Source: Felis catus (lineage: Eukaryota). From it: a stretch of 64,000 nucleotides of DNA. Below, one piece after another: positions 22,951 through 36,107 of the stretch (the first letter of the stretch is position 1; each line of letters opens with the position of its first letter). Made by a program: the position numbers and the translations under genes. The notes beneath the pieces are model-generated. The model was not told the origin of the DNA. It saw only the letters and a program-made list of their open reading frames with translations, and did no database searches. Location: NCBI RefSeq assembly GCF_018350175.1, contig NC_058369.1, forward strand, positions 23,004,001 through 23,068,000, given 5' to 3'.

Positions 22951-23150
22951 GGGGCGGCTGGTTGGCTCATTTAAGCACCAGACTCTTGATTTCGGCTCAG
23001 GTCATGATCTCGCAGTTTGTGAGTTTGAGCCCCATGTCAATAGTGTGGAGCCTGCTTGGAGTTTTCTCTTCCTCTCTCTCTGCCCCTCCTCTACTCATTC
23101 TCTCTGTCTCTGTCTCTCTCTCTCTCTCAATAAATAAATAAACAAACAAA
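22951..23150 (+). mobile_element. CanSINE (older), tandem with the previous one
   Basis: GGGGCGGCTGGTTGGCTCATTTAAGCACCAGACTCTTGATTTCGGCTCAGGTCATGATCTC head, CT tract, (AAAT/AAAC)n tail. Confidence 0.9.
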
Positions 23151-23724
23151 CTTTAAAATGTTTACTCCTTTAGAGAGTATGTAAAATTTTAAAGTTTTAG
23201 TTTCTCTCATAAAGGGGTATACCTGGCACTTTGGATCCAACATTCTCATATAGCAAAAAAAAAAAAAATGGCTGGAGCTGAGAAATGGCTGCCCCCTCAG
23301 ATGCGTGCTGCTTTTGACTATGACCTCTCCATTCTGTCATCTCCACTCAGCCCACTTCACTCCTGTGTGTTACATGCCCACAGGTGTGGAGTTCTGGATT
23401 AACAGGTAGTTGCTGTTTCCCAGCCTTGGTTTGTATTCCCCAGCTTCTGGGGCTTTGTTCTTTTGTCTTGGGTTTGCCCCGAGCTTTCCCTCTTCTCTTC
23501 TCCTCAGAGGTCATCTTGTCTTTGCTTGAGTCCTAAACTTCAGACTCCCTCAGGATTGTTGTTAGGGAAGCGTAGACTCATGTCCAGCATGATAATTACC
23601 TCTAGGCCTACCTTTCATCTTCATTGGTTTGGTGAGTCCTTGGGGACACATTCTGTATCTCCTAACAGTGCCACCACCATGTGCCATGTCCCAGCCCTGA
23701 TGAGAAGTGTGACATAGAGACCCT

Positions 23725-24332
23725 AGGGTGGTCTCATGATTCCTGCCTCCAGGTGTTTACCCCCTGTATAATCTCCTCACCTTGAATATGAGTGAGCCTT
23801 GTGACTGCATTCGAACCAATAGAATATAAGGTGAGGGAATTTTGTAGATGTAATTAAGGTCTCAAGTCAGTTGGTTTGAGTTAATCAAAAAGGATATCCT
23901 GGGTAAGCCTTACTTAACAGAAAATCTTTAAAGAGTGACTGGATACTTCCTGAAGGCAGAGACTCTTCGTGGCAGTTTGATAAAGCAAGTAGCTTTTGGA
24001 GAAGCCCATTGGCAAGGAGCTGAGGACACCCTCTAGGACCTGAGAACATCTTCCAACCAACAGCCGGCAAAAAACCGTGCCTTCAGTCTTATGGCCACAA
24101 GGAAATAATTCCTGCTAACAGTTTGAATGAGCTTAGAGCCAGATTCTTCCCCAGGTGAGCCTCCAGATGAAAACACTGCCCAATCAGTACCTTAATTGAA
24201 GCCTTGTGAAACCATGAACGGAAGACCCAGATAAGCTGTGCTTAGCTGACCCAAAGAAACTGTGGGGTTGCAAATGTGGAGTTAAGCAACTAAGTTTGTG
24301 GTAATATGTTATGTAGCAATAGAGAATTAACA
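23725..24332 (+). mobile_element. MaLR solo LTR (MLT1E/F-like)
   Basis: gattcctgcctcc...tttgtagatgtaattaaggtc...cagattcttcccc...ctaagtttgtggtaatatgttatgtagcaatagagaattaaca, the typical MLT1 3' end. Confidence 0.8.
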
Positions 24333-24374
24333 GAAGAGGTGAGGAGAAGGGGAAAAGGAAAGGAAATAATTTAT

Positions 24375-24700
24375 CATAGCAATACTGTAAAATATCCCCA
24401 AACCTAATGGCTTAAAATAACAATTTATTATTTCTTGCAATTCTCTGGGTTAACCGGATGGTGATTCTGCTCTCCATGGTGTCAGGTAGAGTCACTGCTG
24501 AAGCTGCATGAAGCTGGGAGCTTGGCGGGGCTGTCTCGGTTCTTCTCCAGAAGGCTTCTCTCTCCATGTGGGGCTAGTCCTCCAGGGCCACACTGTGAGG
24601 CCACTCCCCTCAGTGCAGTAGCCTGGACTTGACTACAATATGGCAGTTGGGTTCCCAGAAGGGGAAAGCAGAAGGAAGTGGGGAGCAGTCTAGGAGGGCA
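24375..24700 (-). mobile_element. MaLR LTR fragment (MLT1G/H-like)
   Basis: ccccaaacctaatggcttaaaataacaatttattatttct...ctgggttaaccggatggtgattctgctc. Confidence 0.6.
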
Positions 24701-24723
24701 CTTGTGGGTGTCATTTTTTAAAA

Positions 24724-24934
24724 AAAATTTTAAACGTTTATTTATTACTGAGAGACAGAGAGACACAGAGTGTGAGCAGGGGAGGGGTAGAGAGAGGGGG
24801 AGACACAGAATCTGAAGTAGGTTCCAGGCTCTGTCAGCACAGAGCCCGACGTGGGGCTTGAACTCATAAACTGCGAGATCATGACCTGAGCCGAAGCTGG
24901 TTGCTTAACCAACTGAGCCACCCAGGCACCGTAA
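24724..24934 (-). mobile_element. CanSINE
   Basis: TSD TGGGTGTCATTTTTTAAAA at 24705-24723 and 24935-24953. Confidence 0.95.
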
Positions 24935-26399
24935 TGGGTGTCATTTTTTAAAACTACTGCCTAACCAGGGCCTTGCTCAAGGCAACTGCTTAATAAAACA
25001 TTTTAGAATGAGTTGGAAGAAGGAATGTGTTATTGGTGATTTAACTATGAGTCTGAAGACAGCATCATGATTGTCCATGCAATGTGTCCCTTGCCAGCAT
25101 TTTATTTCTGAGAGCGGAAATGAGGAGCTATTTATTCATTTATTGAGTGCCATTTACTTTTGCCTAATATCCATTGGTTAGCAGCTTAACAGCAGCTCTT
25201 ACATACTTGGAATAAAATATGAACTCTTCAACGTGGAAGGGACTCATTGCAGGACCTGCTCAAGAAATAAAGCTGCCTACATTTAAATTAGAAAAATGGT
25301 CATACTTGCCACCTATATAGTTCCAAGTGAACCAAAAACAAAAACAAAAAAAAGGTCATCGAATGATTTATCATTACCTTCCCTGATGCATAAGACAGAG
25401 TGAATGGGTAAGAAAATGGCAGGTAAGTGATTTAAAGAATCTAATCTTATCAGAAGACCTGTCGAGCCCTTTAAGAGTATAGTATGTTTGCCAACCCCTG
25501 ATCTAAGGAAATTATTAAGTGTGTTGTTCAGTCATTGAGATGCCTCTGGAAATCCGTGCATTGGCTAGCCAACAGAAGATGGTCGTGGTGGCTTTCCCCT
25601 TCCTTTCCACTGCTTTTTTCCACTTGAATAACTGCACTAATCAATGGCAGAGGGGTGGAAACCTTGATTGCAAATACCGCTGTCTGTGCTGTGGGGTGTC
25701 TCCTCTGCTCGGAGCCATGCTTTCTACTTTTCTGTCCTGAACAGTTTCTGGTTTTCCCCTTTTATATCAGTGCTGCACCAGGGCTGGAGTATAGGACGCA
25801 ATGATGGGCCCATTCAGAAGGGGGCTGAGCTGCAGGCACGCAGCCTGGGGCCGGACTCAGTGCCCAGCATGTGGGATCTCCATACATGTCAGACTTAACC
25901 TCCCCTTGAACCCTGTTTTGCTGGTGACAGGGGCACATGGCAGTGTCACAGCTTTCATGTCACTTGAGTAACAATGGCAACACCCTGGAGAGAATCACGT
26001 TCCCTCTTTGCTGAGACCCAGCAAGCCAGAGACTCCCAGAATCCAAATAAAATGGGATCCTTGGAATCCCTGTCAAAATCAACCTGCTTAGAGGCTAATC
26101 GCTCTATTTGCTTGGTGTTATACCCCCGGAAGGATGTTTGGCTGCAGCTGCCACATAACAGACCACGTTTCAACTCACTTCTTCTGTAGGTGAAGTGGTC
26201 GTGCACGGAACTCCTGGGGGTGCACGGAGGGCCAGTGACCCTTCTGTGCCTGTTAGACATCCCTGCACGACCTGTCCTTCACTTGGGTCTGTGATGAGAA
26301 GCGCAGGCAGCATTAGGATGCTCCATCTGCTTCCCTGGGCCTGAATCGCCCTCAATAAGAGCGTGCCCTCAGCTGGTTTCCTGTGCCGAAATGTGTAAA

Positions 26400-26620
26400 C
26401 AAAGCTAATGAGAGCGAATTCTCACCGAATGCGAAGCATCAGACACCATTCTAAATGCTGTACATGTATTTAATTCACACAGAAACCCAAGAGGCGAGTA
26501 CTGTTGTATCCCCTTTATACAAAGGAGGAAACTGAGGCTACCCAATGATTCAGGGTTCCATGACTAGCATTTGGTGGAATGTCAACCCAGCATCGAGCGC
26601 TGAGGCTGTACCCTGAACCA
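26400..26620 (-). mobile_element. MIR
   Basis: ccctttatacaaaggaggaaactgaggct, the reverse MIR core. Confidence 0.6.
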
Positions 26621-27789
26621 GGATGCAGACATTTTGAGGGGGAAAGCAAAACAAAGTAACCATAGGTCCCAGAAGTAGCTGTCCATACCACACACATTGT
26701 CACCCAGAAAATAAGTCCATTTCCTTGGCCTTCCCACCCCCAAGTATAGGGGGCGTGGTCTGCAGAATGTTAGAGATTTAGGGATCACAGAACCACCCAT
26801 TGAGGTTACAGGCAGAGGAGAAGCGGATGGCAAATGTGTGGCCTCAGGACAAAGCTCTCTGGGTGAAACTAAATGATTTTCCTCTTTATAAAAAATTTCA
26901 AAGGTGAACGCTATTTCAGTTATGTGTGCTATGTGTTCTATTATCGGTTACGTCCAGAACAAAAGCGAGGACAGTGGCACTGAGGCCCTTAGAGAGACGA
27001 CCAGGGCTCAGGGTCCGTGGAGAATCCTTGGTGGCCTGGTGGGGATGGCATGGAGGAGTGGGGCAAACGTGGCTCCTGGTTTGGGGTCCAAGGGAAGCTC
27101 TTGATCACAGAACAGTTTGGGGGTCTGGCTTTGGAACTCTTTTGGAAACACTGTTAGAAGTCACTGTCCTTTGATTTGGGGTCACAAAGATCCCCAAGAA
27201 GGAGATCTTTTGGGGGTTTTGCCCCAGGCCTCCCTCCCTTGGCATAATTTGGAAGCTGAAGCCTCAACCCAGCCATATCCTAGTGGCCTCGAGGAGATGC
27301 TGGAAGGCTTAGCTCTGTCTTAGTGGCTCTGAGGGGGTTTTGGAAAACTCCAGCACCCCTCTCTCCTCATCTTTCCACGGGGCATGTGCCACTCTGGGGA
27401 GCAGAGTTTCTGAGCTGAGTCAGGCCTTATCCTTTTAAGAACCCAGCCCTTAAATAGTCTCAAGCAACTTGGAAGGAATTTTTTGTTCTTTCTTTTTTTT
27501 CCCTAAACTACATTGTTTCCGTTTCTGACTTTCCAGTGATTTTACAAAGCTCTTTCTTTGTCTTCCTTTGAGCTGGTCAGGAGGAGAAGGGGTTTACCCA
27601 AAACATAGCAACTGGGGAAGGAGTTTGGGCCATCCTGCTGGTAGAGGAGGTCTCAAGGTGCTCCTCCTGTCCCCGCCCCACCTGCACTCCAGCTCTGTTC
27701 CTCATACCACAGAACCAGATTACTGTGGGAGCTTAAGGGTGGCAAGGGCAGTAAAGGGAAAGGAGTAGCCATGTGGTGGGGGTGGGGTG

Positions 27790-28330
27790 GAGATTCATTC
27801 ATTCCACAGATGTGTACTGAGAGCCCCCCATGTCCCAGGCCATTGTACCAGAGCCCAGGAGCAAGGGGCTGACGTGACAGCTCCAGGCAGATCCTAGAGA
27901 GTAGATAACAGATCACAGATAACAAACAAGTAAAAAGACCAGTTGTTAGAATCCATGATGCATTTTCTGAAGGAGACAAACAATAGCCTGCAACAGAGAA
28001 TGTGGTGACCAAGGGAGGTCTCCCTACAGAGAGCACCTGTGAGTAAAAGGAGCTGGGCAGGGAAGGGTGGAGGGAACAGTATTTCCAACGGCCCTGCAAA
28101 GGAAAAGCTGGGCGTGCATGAGGAACTGGATAAGGAGCAGGTGGCTGAAGCCTGGTGGGCATGGGGGCAGTGCCATGGGGGAGGCAGGCGGGACAGCAGC
28201 AGGTGTTAGCGCCTCCAGGCTTCGATGGGCACAGTACAGAGTTTTGATTGTGATCCAAGGGTAGTGGGGAGCCACGGAAGGCTCTTGAACAGGGACAGAC
28301 GTGAGCTGTTTTCCAAAGTGCTGACTACCA
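27790..28330 (-). mobile_element. LINE-2 fragment
   Basis: attcattcattccacagatgtgtactgagagc...ggagggaacagtatttcc...ggaaggctcttgaacaggg. Confidence 0.6.
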
Positions 28331-30101
28331 TATGGGGAACTGGTGCACGAGGTACGGACCTGGCTAGGTATACAGTTTTGGGATTGACTGCTCATCATAA
28401 CTGATGTCATTGTGGGGGGGAGGCAGTAGGTAATAGGCAGGTAGTAGACTTTTTTTTTTAACTTCTTTCGAATGTTCCAAGATTCCCCTGTGTCCCTCAG
28501 CTGTTCTATTTCAAGGCTCAGTTGGGGGGGTTACATTTCTCTGTCTCCTCCCTTCCTCCTTCCATCTCTCGCTCCTTCCCTGTCTGAAGTCGCATTTTGG
28601 TCTGAAAGTTTTGGGTCAGTGTGTGTCATTGCTGTATTTTTTCAAGGGTGATAAATCCTAAAGCTGTCTTGGGAAAATAGCAGGAACATTCATTTCTCGT
28701 GGGCAGTCAACGGTATGACAGGAAAAGGCATTTTCAGTCTCTGCGGGAAGAGCTCACGCGGGCCCTCCTTGCCGCTGAACGAAGGGTTGAAATGGTTCGC
28801 TGTCTCCCGGTTTATTTTTAATTACTTCTGCTGGTATTAGACATCGTGTGACTCCAGCAAGAAGAACATGACGAGACAAGTTGGGAACGAGGCCCACTGA
28901 TGCATGGCTGGTGCCAGCCATTGAAAAATCACTTCATGTCAGGGACTCAGACAGCCTCATGGGCACCGTCCCTGCAGCTACGAGTGCTGTTCCTTTTCCT
29001 GGGCTTGGCACTGGGGTCTTGGCCTCCACCCGGACACCGCTGTCTTCACGAGGCAGGTAGGGGACGGTGTGCATTCCTTCCTGTCCCTCCCCCCCGTCCC
29101 CACCCATCCCCACGCAAGGCCCAGAGTCAAATACTTTTCTGCTCATTTCATTCTTATCTCTGCCCTATGGGTGGATACTCCTAGTGCCACTCATATCTTA
29201 TGTGTGAGGGAGCTCAGGCTCAGAGAGATTGAGTCACTTGCTCAGAGTGCACAGCTATGAACCCGGGAGTCTCTGATCCTGACTCATGTCAGACTATCTC
29301 CACACCTGTGTGTCCAAACGGAGGGGTTGGCAGTTGGAAGCACTTGCAAAAAAAAAAGTTTCCTGGTCCCACTCTCTGTAGGGCAGCCCTGGAATTGACA
29401 TTTTGATAGGCAGCTCACAGACCACACTCGGTGAGTTAGGAGGGTCTTAGAACCCCTCTGTGGCTCAACGGGTGAAGACTGTCCAGACTGGAGCATAGTG
29501 AGAAATGCCACTCAACACGGTTGTGTTCCCAGTGGACCAGGCAGGGTCCAGTCAGGGACAGAAGCCTGCCAGTCATTTTAACAGAGGGAACTTCATGTTA
29601 AGAATTGTTGACCACAAAGGGCAAAAAGAGAAGTGTAGGATGTCGTGGAAGTAGCAATGTCAGGCAACAGATGCTATCCCACAGCTGGTGGTGGCAAGCA
29701 GGAGAGGGGAAGGGAAGAGGAGAGGTTTTTAGGTAAGACTTAGAAGTCGAGAGGAGAGGACCTGGGGGGCTCGCACAGAGACCCCTGGGAAGGGCACCCT
29801 GCTTGGAGGGGGGTAAGGGTTTTGAGGAGCGGGTGCTGGGGTCTCTGACGTGAATGGACCTGATTTAGTGAGTGTTAGGAAAACTGTAAACTAGCTTTGT
29901 TCACTGCTACTGGAATGAGCTGTCCCTGCCCAGGGCAAGGAGCCTTGCTGGAGCCATGGCGCTGGGAACCAGAAGCCAACAGGAACCAAACAGGAGGGAA
30001 CGAGTCCCACATCCTTCCTGCGTCCTTACAGCCTCCCCCTGCTGGCCCTTCTGGCAGAGCCTGGCCAGAAACAGCTGGCAAAGCAGAAGCGTGGTTTGCG
30101 G

Positions 30102-30129
30102 AGCCCCAGCCCCAGCCCCAGCCCCAGCC
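30102..30129. repeat. (AGCCCC)n hexamer repeat, ~4.5 copies
   Basis: agccccagccccagccccagccccagcc. Confidence 0.85.
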
Positions 30130-31749
30130 TCACTAAGCCCGGCGGATTTGGTGCTGAGGCACACCCAGCAATAACTGGAAACTTGCTGAATGAGTTCAGT
30201 ATTGTTTGCAGCCTAATGACACATCAAATTCTTATTTCCTGGGTGTCATTCCTCTTGCTCTGTTGAGTAGGGCTCTTGGGGAGTGGGCAAGCGTAGGGAA
30301 GCCGTGCTACCTGATGGAAAGAGGATGGCGTCTGGGTGCCGGCAGATCTGTCCCTCTCATCTGTATATCGGGGTTAATTATGCACACCTTGCCGTGTTGT
30401 TCAGAACGTAACGAGATGATGTGCCAGCAAGATCAGGGCTGGGCACAGAGTCGGCGGGGGACACGATGCTATATCCTCATCCCTGTTACCATGACTGACA
30501 ACTACTCGTACGGTGAAAATCCTCTGCTGTAGTTAAAATGTAGTTGTACTGGGTGAATTCAAGACGGTGTAGCAATAGGTTTTCACATGTGGAAAATAGA
30601 AAGTACTTTTTCATCCCTGAATATGAATTAATCTTATGTAGTGTCTTGGTTGACTTATAAGAAGATTAAAGTATTCAGATGCATTAAAAAAAAGTTTTTA
30701 AGCCTTTCCTTTTACCTGTTTCATGAATAAACATATACACAGAAGTAAACTTCTGGCACGCAGCAAAATACACTGAGATTTATTTGGTCATTCACAATCA
30801 TTAATGAACTAGTCTATGTTAATAGCTAATGTTCCTCAATTCAGATGAGCAGCCTGTCTGTATTGGCAAAACGTAAAAAGGAGATTTGAAAAGTAGTGTT
30901 GCTTTTGTATTAGTTCTCTCTTTTCTAGAGTGGTGGCTAAGGCTTTACTGTTTCTGAGTGGGGCGACTTTGGGCAAGTGACTGAATCTCATGCTTAGCAT
31001 CCTCATCTAGGAAAGGGAAGGGGGTGGTGCAGAAATCACGCTGCCCGGGCAGGGTTGTCCAGCAGGCGGGAGGTGCTTGGCGAATGCCAGTGATGGAGAA
31101 GAGACTGGGGTCTGCAGGAGTCTGGGCCAGGCTCTGCAGGTGTGTCCTCGGAACAAACGTCCTCAGGCAGCCGGCCCTGCTGTGAGGGAGTAGGATCCGA
31201 ACCTGGCACGGCAGGTTCTGGAATATGTGTGGAGTGGGTTTGGAAGTACTTAGTTCTCTTAAGCAGCCTTGTATCCGCTTCCCAACCTCATTGGCCAAAA
31301 CACTCCCCCGTGGACTGTTTGGCGGGAAGCCTCACAACAACCTGCTTGTGGGAGTCCTTGGATTGTGAGCTGATCTGTCTGAGTCCACAGAGGGGTCCTC
31401 TGGCAGAGGCTCTGTGCCTCTGCTAGCGGGAGCTGCCCGGCGGCCGTCTGGGAGAGCCTTGCTCACACCGAGCCCATCTTGTATGTTCGCCATCTCACCA
31501 GTGTTGCCCACTTTCCTGGGTTTCCTTCCTAGGATGGGCTGGGGCGGGGGTGCTTTGCAGGACTGAGCGGAGGGCAGAGCAGCCCTCCCCCCACTATCTA
31601 GAAAGGTGCCCCGGTGTGCTGGGGGTCAGGAGCCTGCAGGTCTAGAAGACAACTGTGCTTTTGCAGCTCCTGTTGCTCTGATACCTGCACTTAAATTTTG
31701 ATCAAATCACATTTCATCCCAAGCTTCAGATAGATTGGCTTCATAGAAG

Positions 31750-32360
31750 GCACTCCACCGCCTGTTCTCTACACAGCAGCCAGAACTTCGAAAACGGAGG
31801 CTGGTTTTGCCAAAAATCGGGGCAAAATTTACCCCCCAAACCTGACTGGCTCCCCAGGCTGCGCTGAGTTTCAGCTGATGTCCCAAGAGAGAGACCGGTG
31901 CCCATTCATCTCAGCCTCCTCCCGACTGCTGTCCCCTTATGCCCTCTGCACAATCCACTGCTCTCAGTGGCTCTGGGCATACGGTCACTTTAGGACATCA
32001 GCACTTGCTGCCCTCTCTGCCCGGGACACTTTGCCCTTTGATTTCCAGTTGGCTCCCTCCTCACTTTCTTCATGTCCTTGCCCAGACACCACCTTTTCAA
32101 TGAGACCTACCCTGACTCTCTGATCTAATGTTATCCCCAGCCCTGACCACCAGTAATCTTGGTTGGTTATTGCTTTCCTTTTAATGGCAGCACTTTGGGT
32201 CCGTAGCGTACCACATAAATATCCCAAGGAGGCAAATTGTGCCTGGTGCCCCATCCATTAGAAACATGACTCTACGAGAACAGGGTGCTGTGTCTGTTTT
32301 GTCCCTCTGTGTGCCGCAAGTGGCCAGACCAGTGCCCAGCACACACGTGTGCTCAGGAAG
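31750..32360 (+). mobile_element. LINE-2 fragment
   Basis: ctctacacagcagccaga...gcacttgctgccctctctgcccggg...caccttttcaatgagacctaccctgac...tgtctgttttgtcc...cagtgcccagcaca. Confidence 0.6.
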
Positions 32361-32915
32361 CCTTCCCAGAAGGAGGGAGCCGGTGCTGGAGCAGCACTTG
32401 GCTGAGTGCTTTGCAAGTATCATCTCCTTTGATCCTGGCAGCACCTTTACGGTGTAGATGCTTATAGTATGTCCCTTTTATTGGTGACAAAACTGACTCA
32501 GAGCAGGTTAAGCAACTCTGCTCCAAAGCCCTACCTTTAGCCTGCTTGCCAGCAACCCCCTTCTGGTCTGAGGCCCTGGGGTGGACCGAGAGAGCACGGA
32601 AGCCACCTGAGGACTTCCAGCTGAGCTTCTCTGGGAAGGCAGAGGGTGCCCAGGGACCTGTTGAAAGGCTTCCAGGTAAGGGAATTTCCAGCACCTCAAA
32701 CGTTTTGGTGGCACTAAATGCAGTGCTAATTGACAGTTGGTGTCATTATTTCTGCAATAAGTATCTTTCCAGTAGACACAAGATTGGCTCCTGTTTCCTT
32801 CCCCATCCCTGAAAGCTTAGTACTAGACATGGTGCTGGATGCGTAGTAGGAACTCCATAACCATTTGTGGAAGGGAGGGAAGAGCAAGAAGATTTAGGTC
32901 AAGATGAGGTTTCTG

Positions 32916-33123
32916 GGGGGCACCTGGGTGGCTCTGTTGGTTCAGCATCTGACTTCGGCTCAGGGCATGATCTCGCGGTTCCTGGGTTCGAGTCCCGTGT
33001 CAGGCTCTGTGCTGACAGTTTGGAGCCTGAAGCCTGCTTCAGATTCTTGTCTCCTCTGCCTCTGTTCCTCCCCCGCTCACACTCTGTCTTGTTCTTTCTC
33101 AAAATAAATAAAACAAAAGAAAA
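32916..33123 (+). mobile_element. CanSINE
   Basis: TSD aaga(TG/CA)aggtttctg at 32901-32915 and 33124-33138. Confidence 0.93.
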
Positions 33124-36076
33124 AAGACAAGGTTTCTGCATCCCCCTTGTGAATCCTCAACTGCTTTGAGTTTTAAATGCCATGTGCACAGAGGTCTGAC
33201 TCAACCTTCAAACTCGATCCCAACAGCCCAACAGGAAGGGTCCCCAACTCCAGCCTGACTCTGAGCCCTGCACCCCTTGGTAGCTCATACTTGTTTTCAT
33301 TTTGCTGGGTCTTTATCATAGAGAAGCCCTTTGCTTTTCAGCTAACTTTGTTGGTAGAGAAATCACCCTCATTCCTCATAAATGAAATTCCTTTTTCCAG
33401 TAGATTTTGGGAAATCCACTATCTTCCATAGGGTGATCTCTTCAATCAACTGGGGACAAAACTTGAGGCTCCCAATGCCATATGGTTTTGGCCATCGACC
33501 TGGTATCTCCCTGGCTACCCTTGGCTTAATCCTGTCCGTAAAAAAACACTAAGGGAGGAGATTTATAGGGCTTACTGAATATGTTCCATCACTGCGGCCT
33601 GCACCGTGGGCCCTGCTCTCAGCTCCGAGCCGCCCAAAGGGCCCTTCCCCTCCCTCTCCACATCATAGCAAAGTTGACTTTTGTCCATTGTTCACTGTTT
33701 CATAATCTCATCGTAGATTCTGTGCTATACCCTTCACTCCTCTGGGATTCCTACCTAGATTAAAACAGCTGATGGTGCTGACCGGTGGGGCCTCTTCGGG
33801 GGAGGCTGGTCTGAGCTGCATGCTAACTGCCTGGTGGGAAGACTGCTGCCTTGCACACTTTATTATAAAGCAAGAGGCCCATGTGGAGATCATGCTGGAA
33901 TAACCAAATGAAGGTGAGGTGTAGAGGGAGGATTAGCCAACTAGCCATGCAGCCTCTGGGGCCACATCAGGCCCTGGAACAGATTTCCACAGGGCCCTCT
34001 GATTTGGAGAGGGTTAACCTACCTGGGGGCAAGAGTCTGGCACCTTTTGGGTCAGAAGCCTGAATTTTTGGCACTCCCTGATCCTTGGTTCCATGAATCT
34101 GATCCTTAGAATGCATAGAAACTTTAAGGCTTTTAATATTTGGATCATTTTAATTTTGCTCTCACCTGATTTGTGTCTGTGCCTCAGTGGGCCAGAGGCA
34201 AAAATGATGGTTTCAGAATTTTTAAGAAGCGTGTTCCAGTTCAGAGTCCAAACGAAAGGATCTCTGTGTGAGCCAAAGAGATACTTACTGAAATGTGTTT
34301 TCTCTCCGTAGAATAATTATCTCAACCCTCCTAAAAATATGGATCCTTTCTCTTCCTCTGGACTTTAGAAATTGCCTATTATGAGCTCTTCTCATTAAAA
34401 ACAGTACAGTCCCCCTTTCAAAGACAATATCCAGTGAGAGTTGTCTAAAGCTAGGGATGGAGAGTGGGCCCCCCGACATCAGGGGAAAGGGGTGAAACCC
34501 TCCAAGCTTCTGATTTGTAAAATGGCCTTGCTAATAGGAGCTTCTTTCCAGTTTTCTTGCAAAAACCATGAGAAAGGGCACCTAGCAGGTGCTTCCGGTC
34601 CACAGATCCAGCGAGGGAAGTGGGACAAAACTCTTGATGAAAAGGAACAAAGTAAATGAGCCAGGAGCCTTGAAGAGACCTAGATGGAACTTGAGATATT
34701 GAGAATGCAAAAACACTTAGGAGGAGTCCTTTAGACCTTTCTGGAAGAATCCCTCTCTACTGTTGCTATGGCCAGTTTTCATTGACTGAATTCTACACTT
34801 TGCAGCTGTGACTGACCACCGGCTGTTAGGTTACCTCTATGACCTTGCCTAGCTAATTGAGAGCAGGTTGGGGGCGGGGGGAGCTCTCTGCAGGCCTCAG
34901 TGTCCATGAGCTCGAGACAGGTTGGCTTGCATTTAGGGACAGTGCAGGAGCCATGTTGTCCTTAGCTCCATCTGGGCCCGAGGGGCGAGTGTGAACTAAG
35001 GGTCCGCCCCTCACATCATCGGGCCTCATGGAGTTATCTGTGCGGTGACTTGGTCTTTAGGGCCCACAGACTTTGATCAACCTGTGGCAGAAGGATTGTG
35101 TGAAACCCTTCCTGGCTTTCTTTTTCTTTTTCTTTTCTTTCTTTTTTTTTTTTTTTAAACACAAATGGGATCTGGAATTGATCCCAGATAATACATCTGC
35201 CTCTTAATTTCACTTCAGAGGGGCAGGATAACAAGAAAGGCGATGAAGACAAGTAAATGCATTTATGATTTATGCCCCTGTGATAAATCAATGGATGATT
35301 TCTCCCCAAAATGTGGTCACTGCCCTGCTAACTCATACCAGCTGACACATCTGTGAGGTGCACAAGGGAATGGGGGCTGAGCCCTCTCCACACCATGTGC
35401 ACGCCAGGCCTGGAACCCGCACCCCACGGGTGGGATTTGGACATATGAGCGAGCTGGCTATACACAGTTAGGAAGATGGCTGCTTCATCGCCACCTTTTT
35501 CTCCCCCTCTAGTCTGTATTTTCCTTCCTTGCGTCCTGCTGGTGCAGTTACATGCAGCCTGTTCTTGGTTCATCTCCAGCATTCCTGCGCTTGCCTTCAT
35601 GTGTGGGGAGTTAGATTTTTCCATTCCCTAAAGGTGATTCGATCAGGCCAGTTCCCACCAGAGTCCCCAAAGCAAGCAGGGAGAGTGGAAAATCACATTA
35701 ACTCTTTCATTAACTCCAGCTGTTTCGCGCCGAGTCTGAGATGGCAAAGGGATTTCTTCTGGAGGGCCGGCTCCTGGCCTGGGGAGGGGCTCACCAGAGT
35801 GCTCACTTGGGAAGGGGTGGAGGCTGGCGTCTGGCTGGGCGGAGACAGGGCTATGGCCAGGAAGCAGTGTCCCCGTGCACGAGAAGGCCAGCAGTGGCCC
35901 TGGTGCCACACGTCTGCCATCCCTCTCCTCGTGGTCTCTCCACATCCTGAAGGCCCAGCCGCCTTGCCTTTCTGAACCTGGGAAGTTAAATGTACATGTT
36001 CCAAAAAATTGTCATTAGAAATTTTCAAAAATCTCTTGAACCATTTCTTTGGCTGCTTGCTTACTTCCCCAACGTT

Positions 36077-36077
<1 letters not shown>

Positions 36078-36106
<29 letters not shown>
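36078..36106. repeat. Poly(T) run of ~29 nt
   Basis: Read directly. Confidence 0.9.

Positions 36107-36107
<1 letters not shown>

Noticed and set aside
27653..28258. 201-aa minus-strand ORF
   Set aside because: Overlaps a decayed L2 fragment and resembles no protein I recognise.
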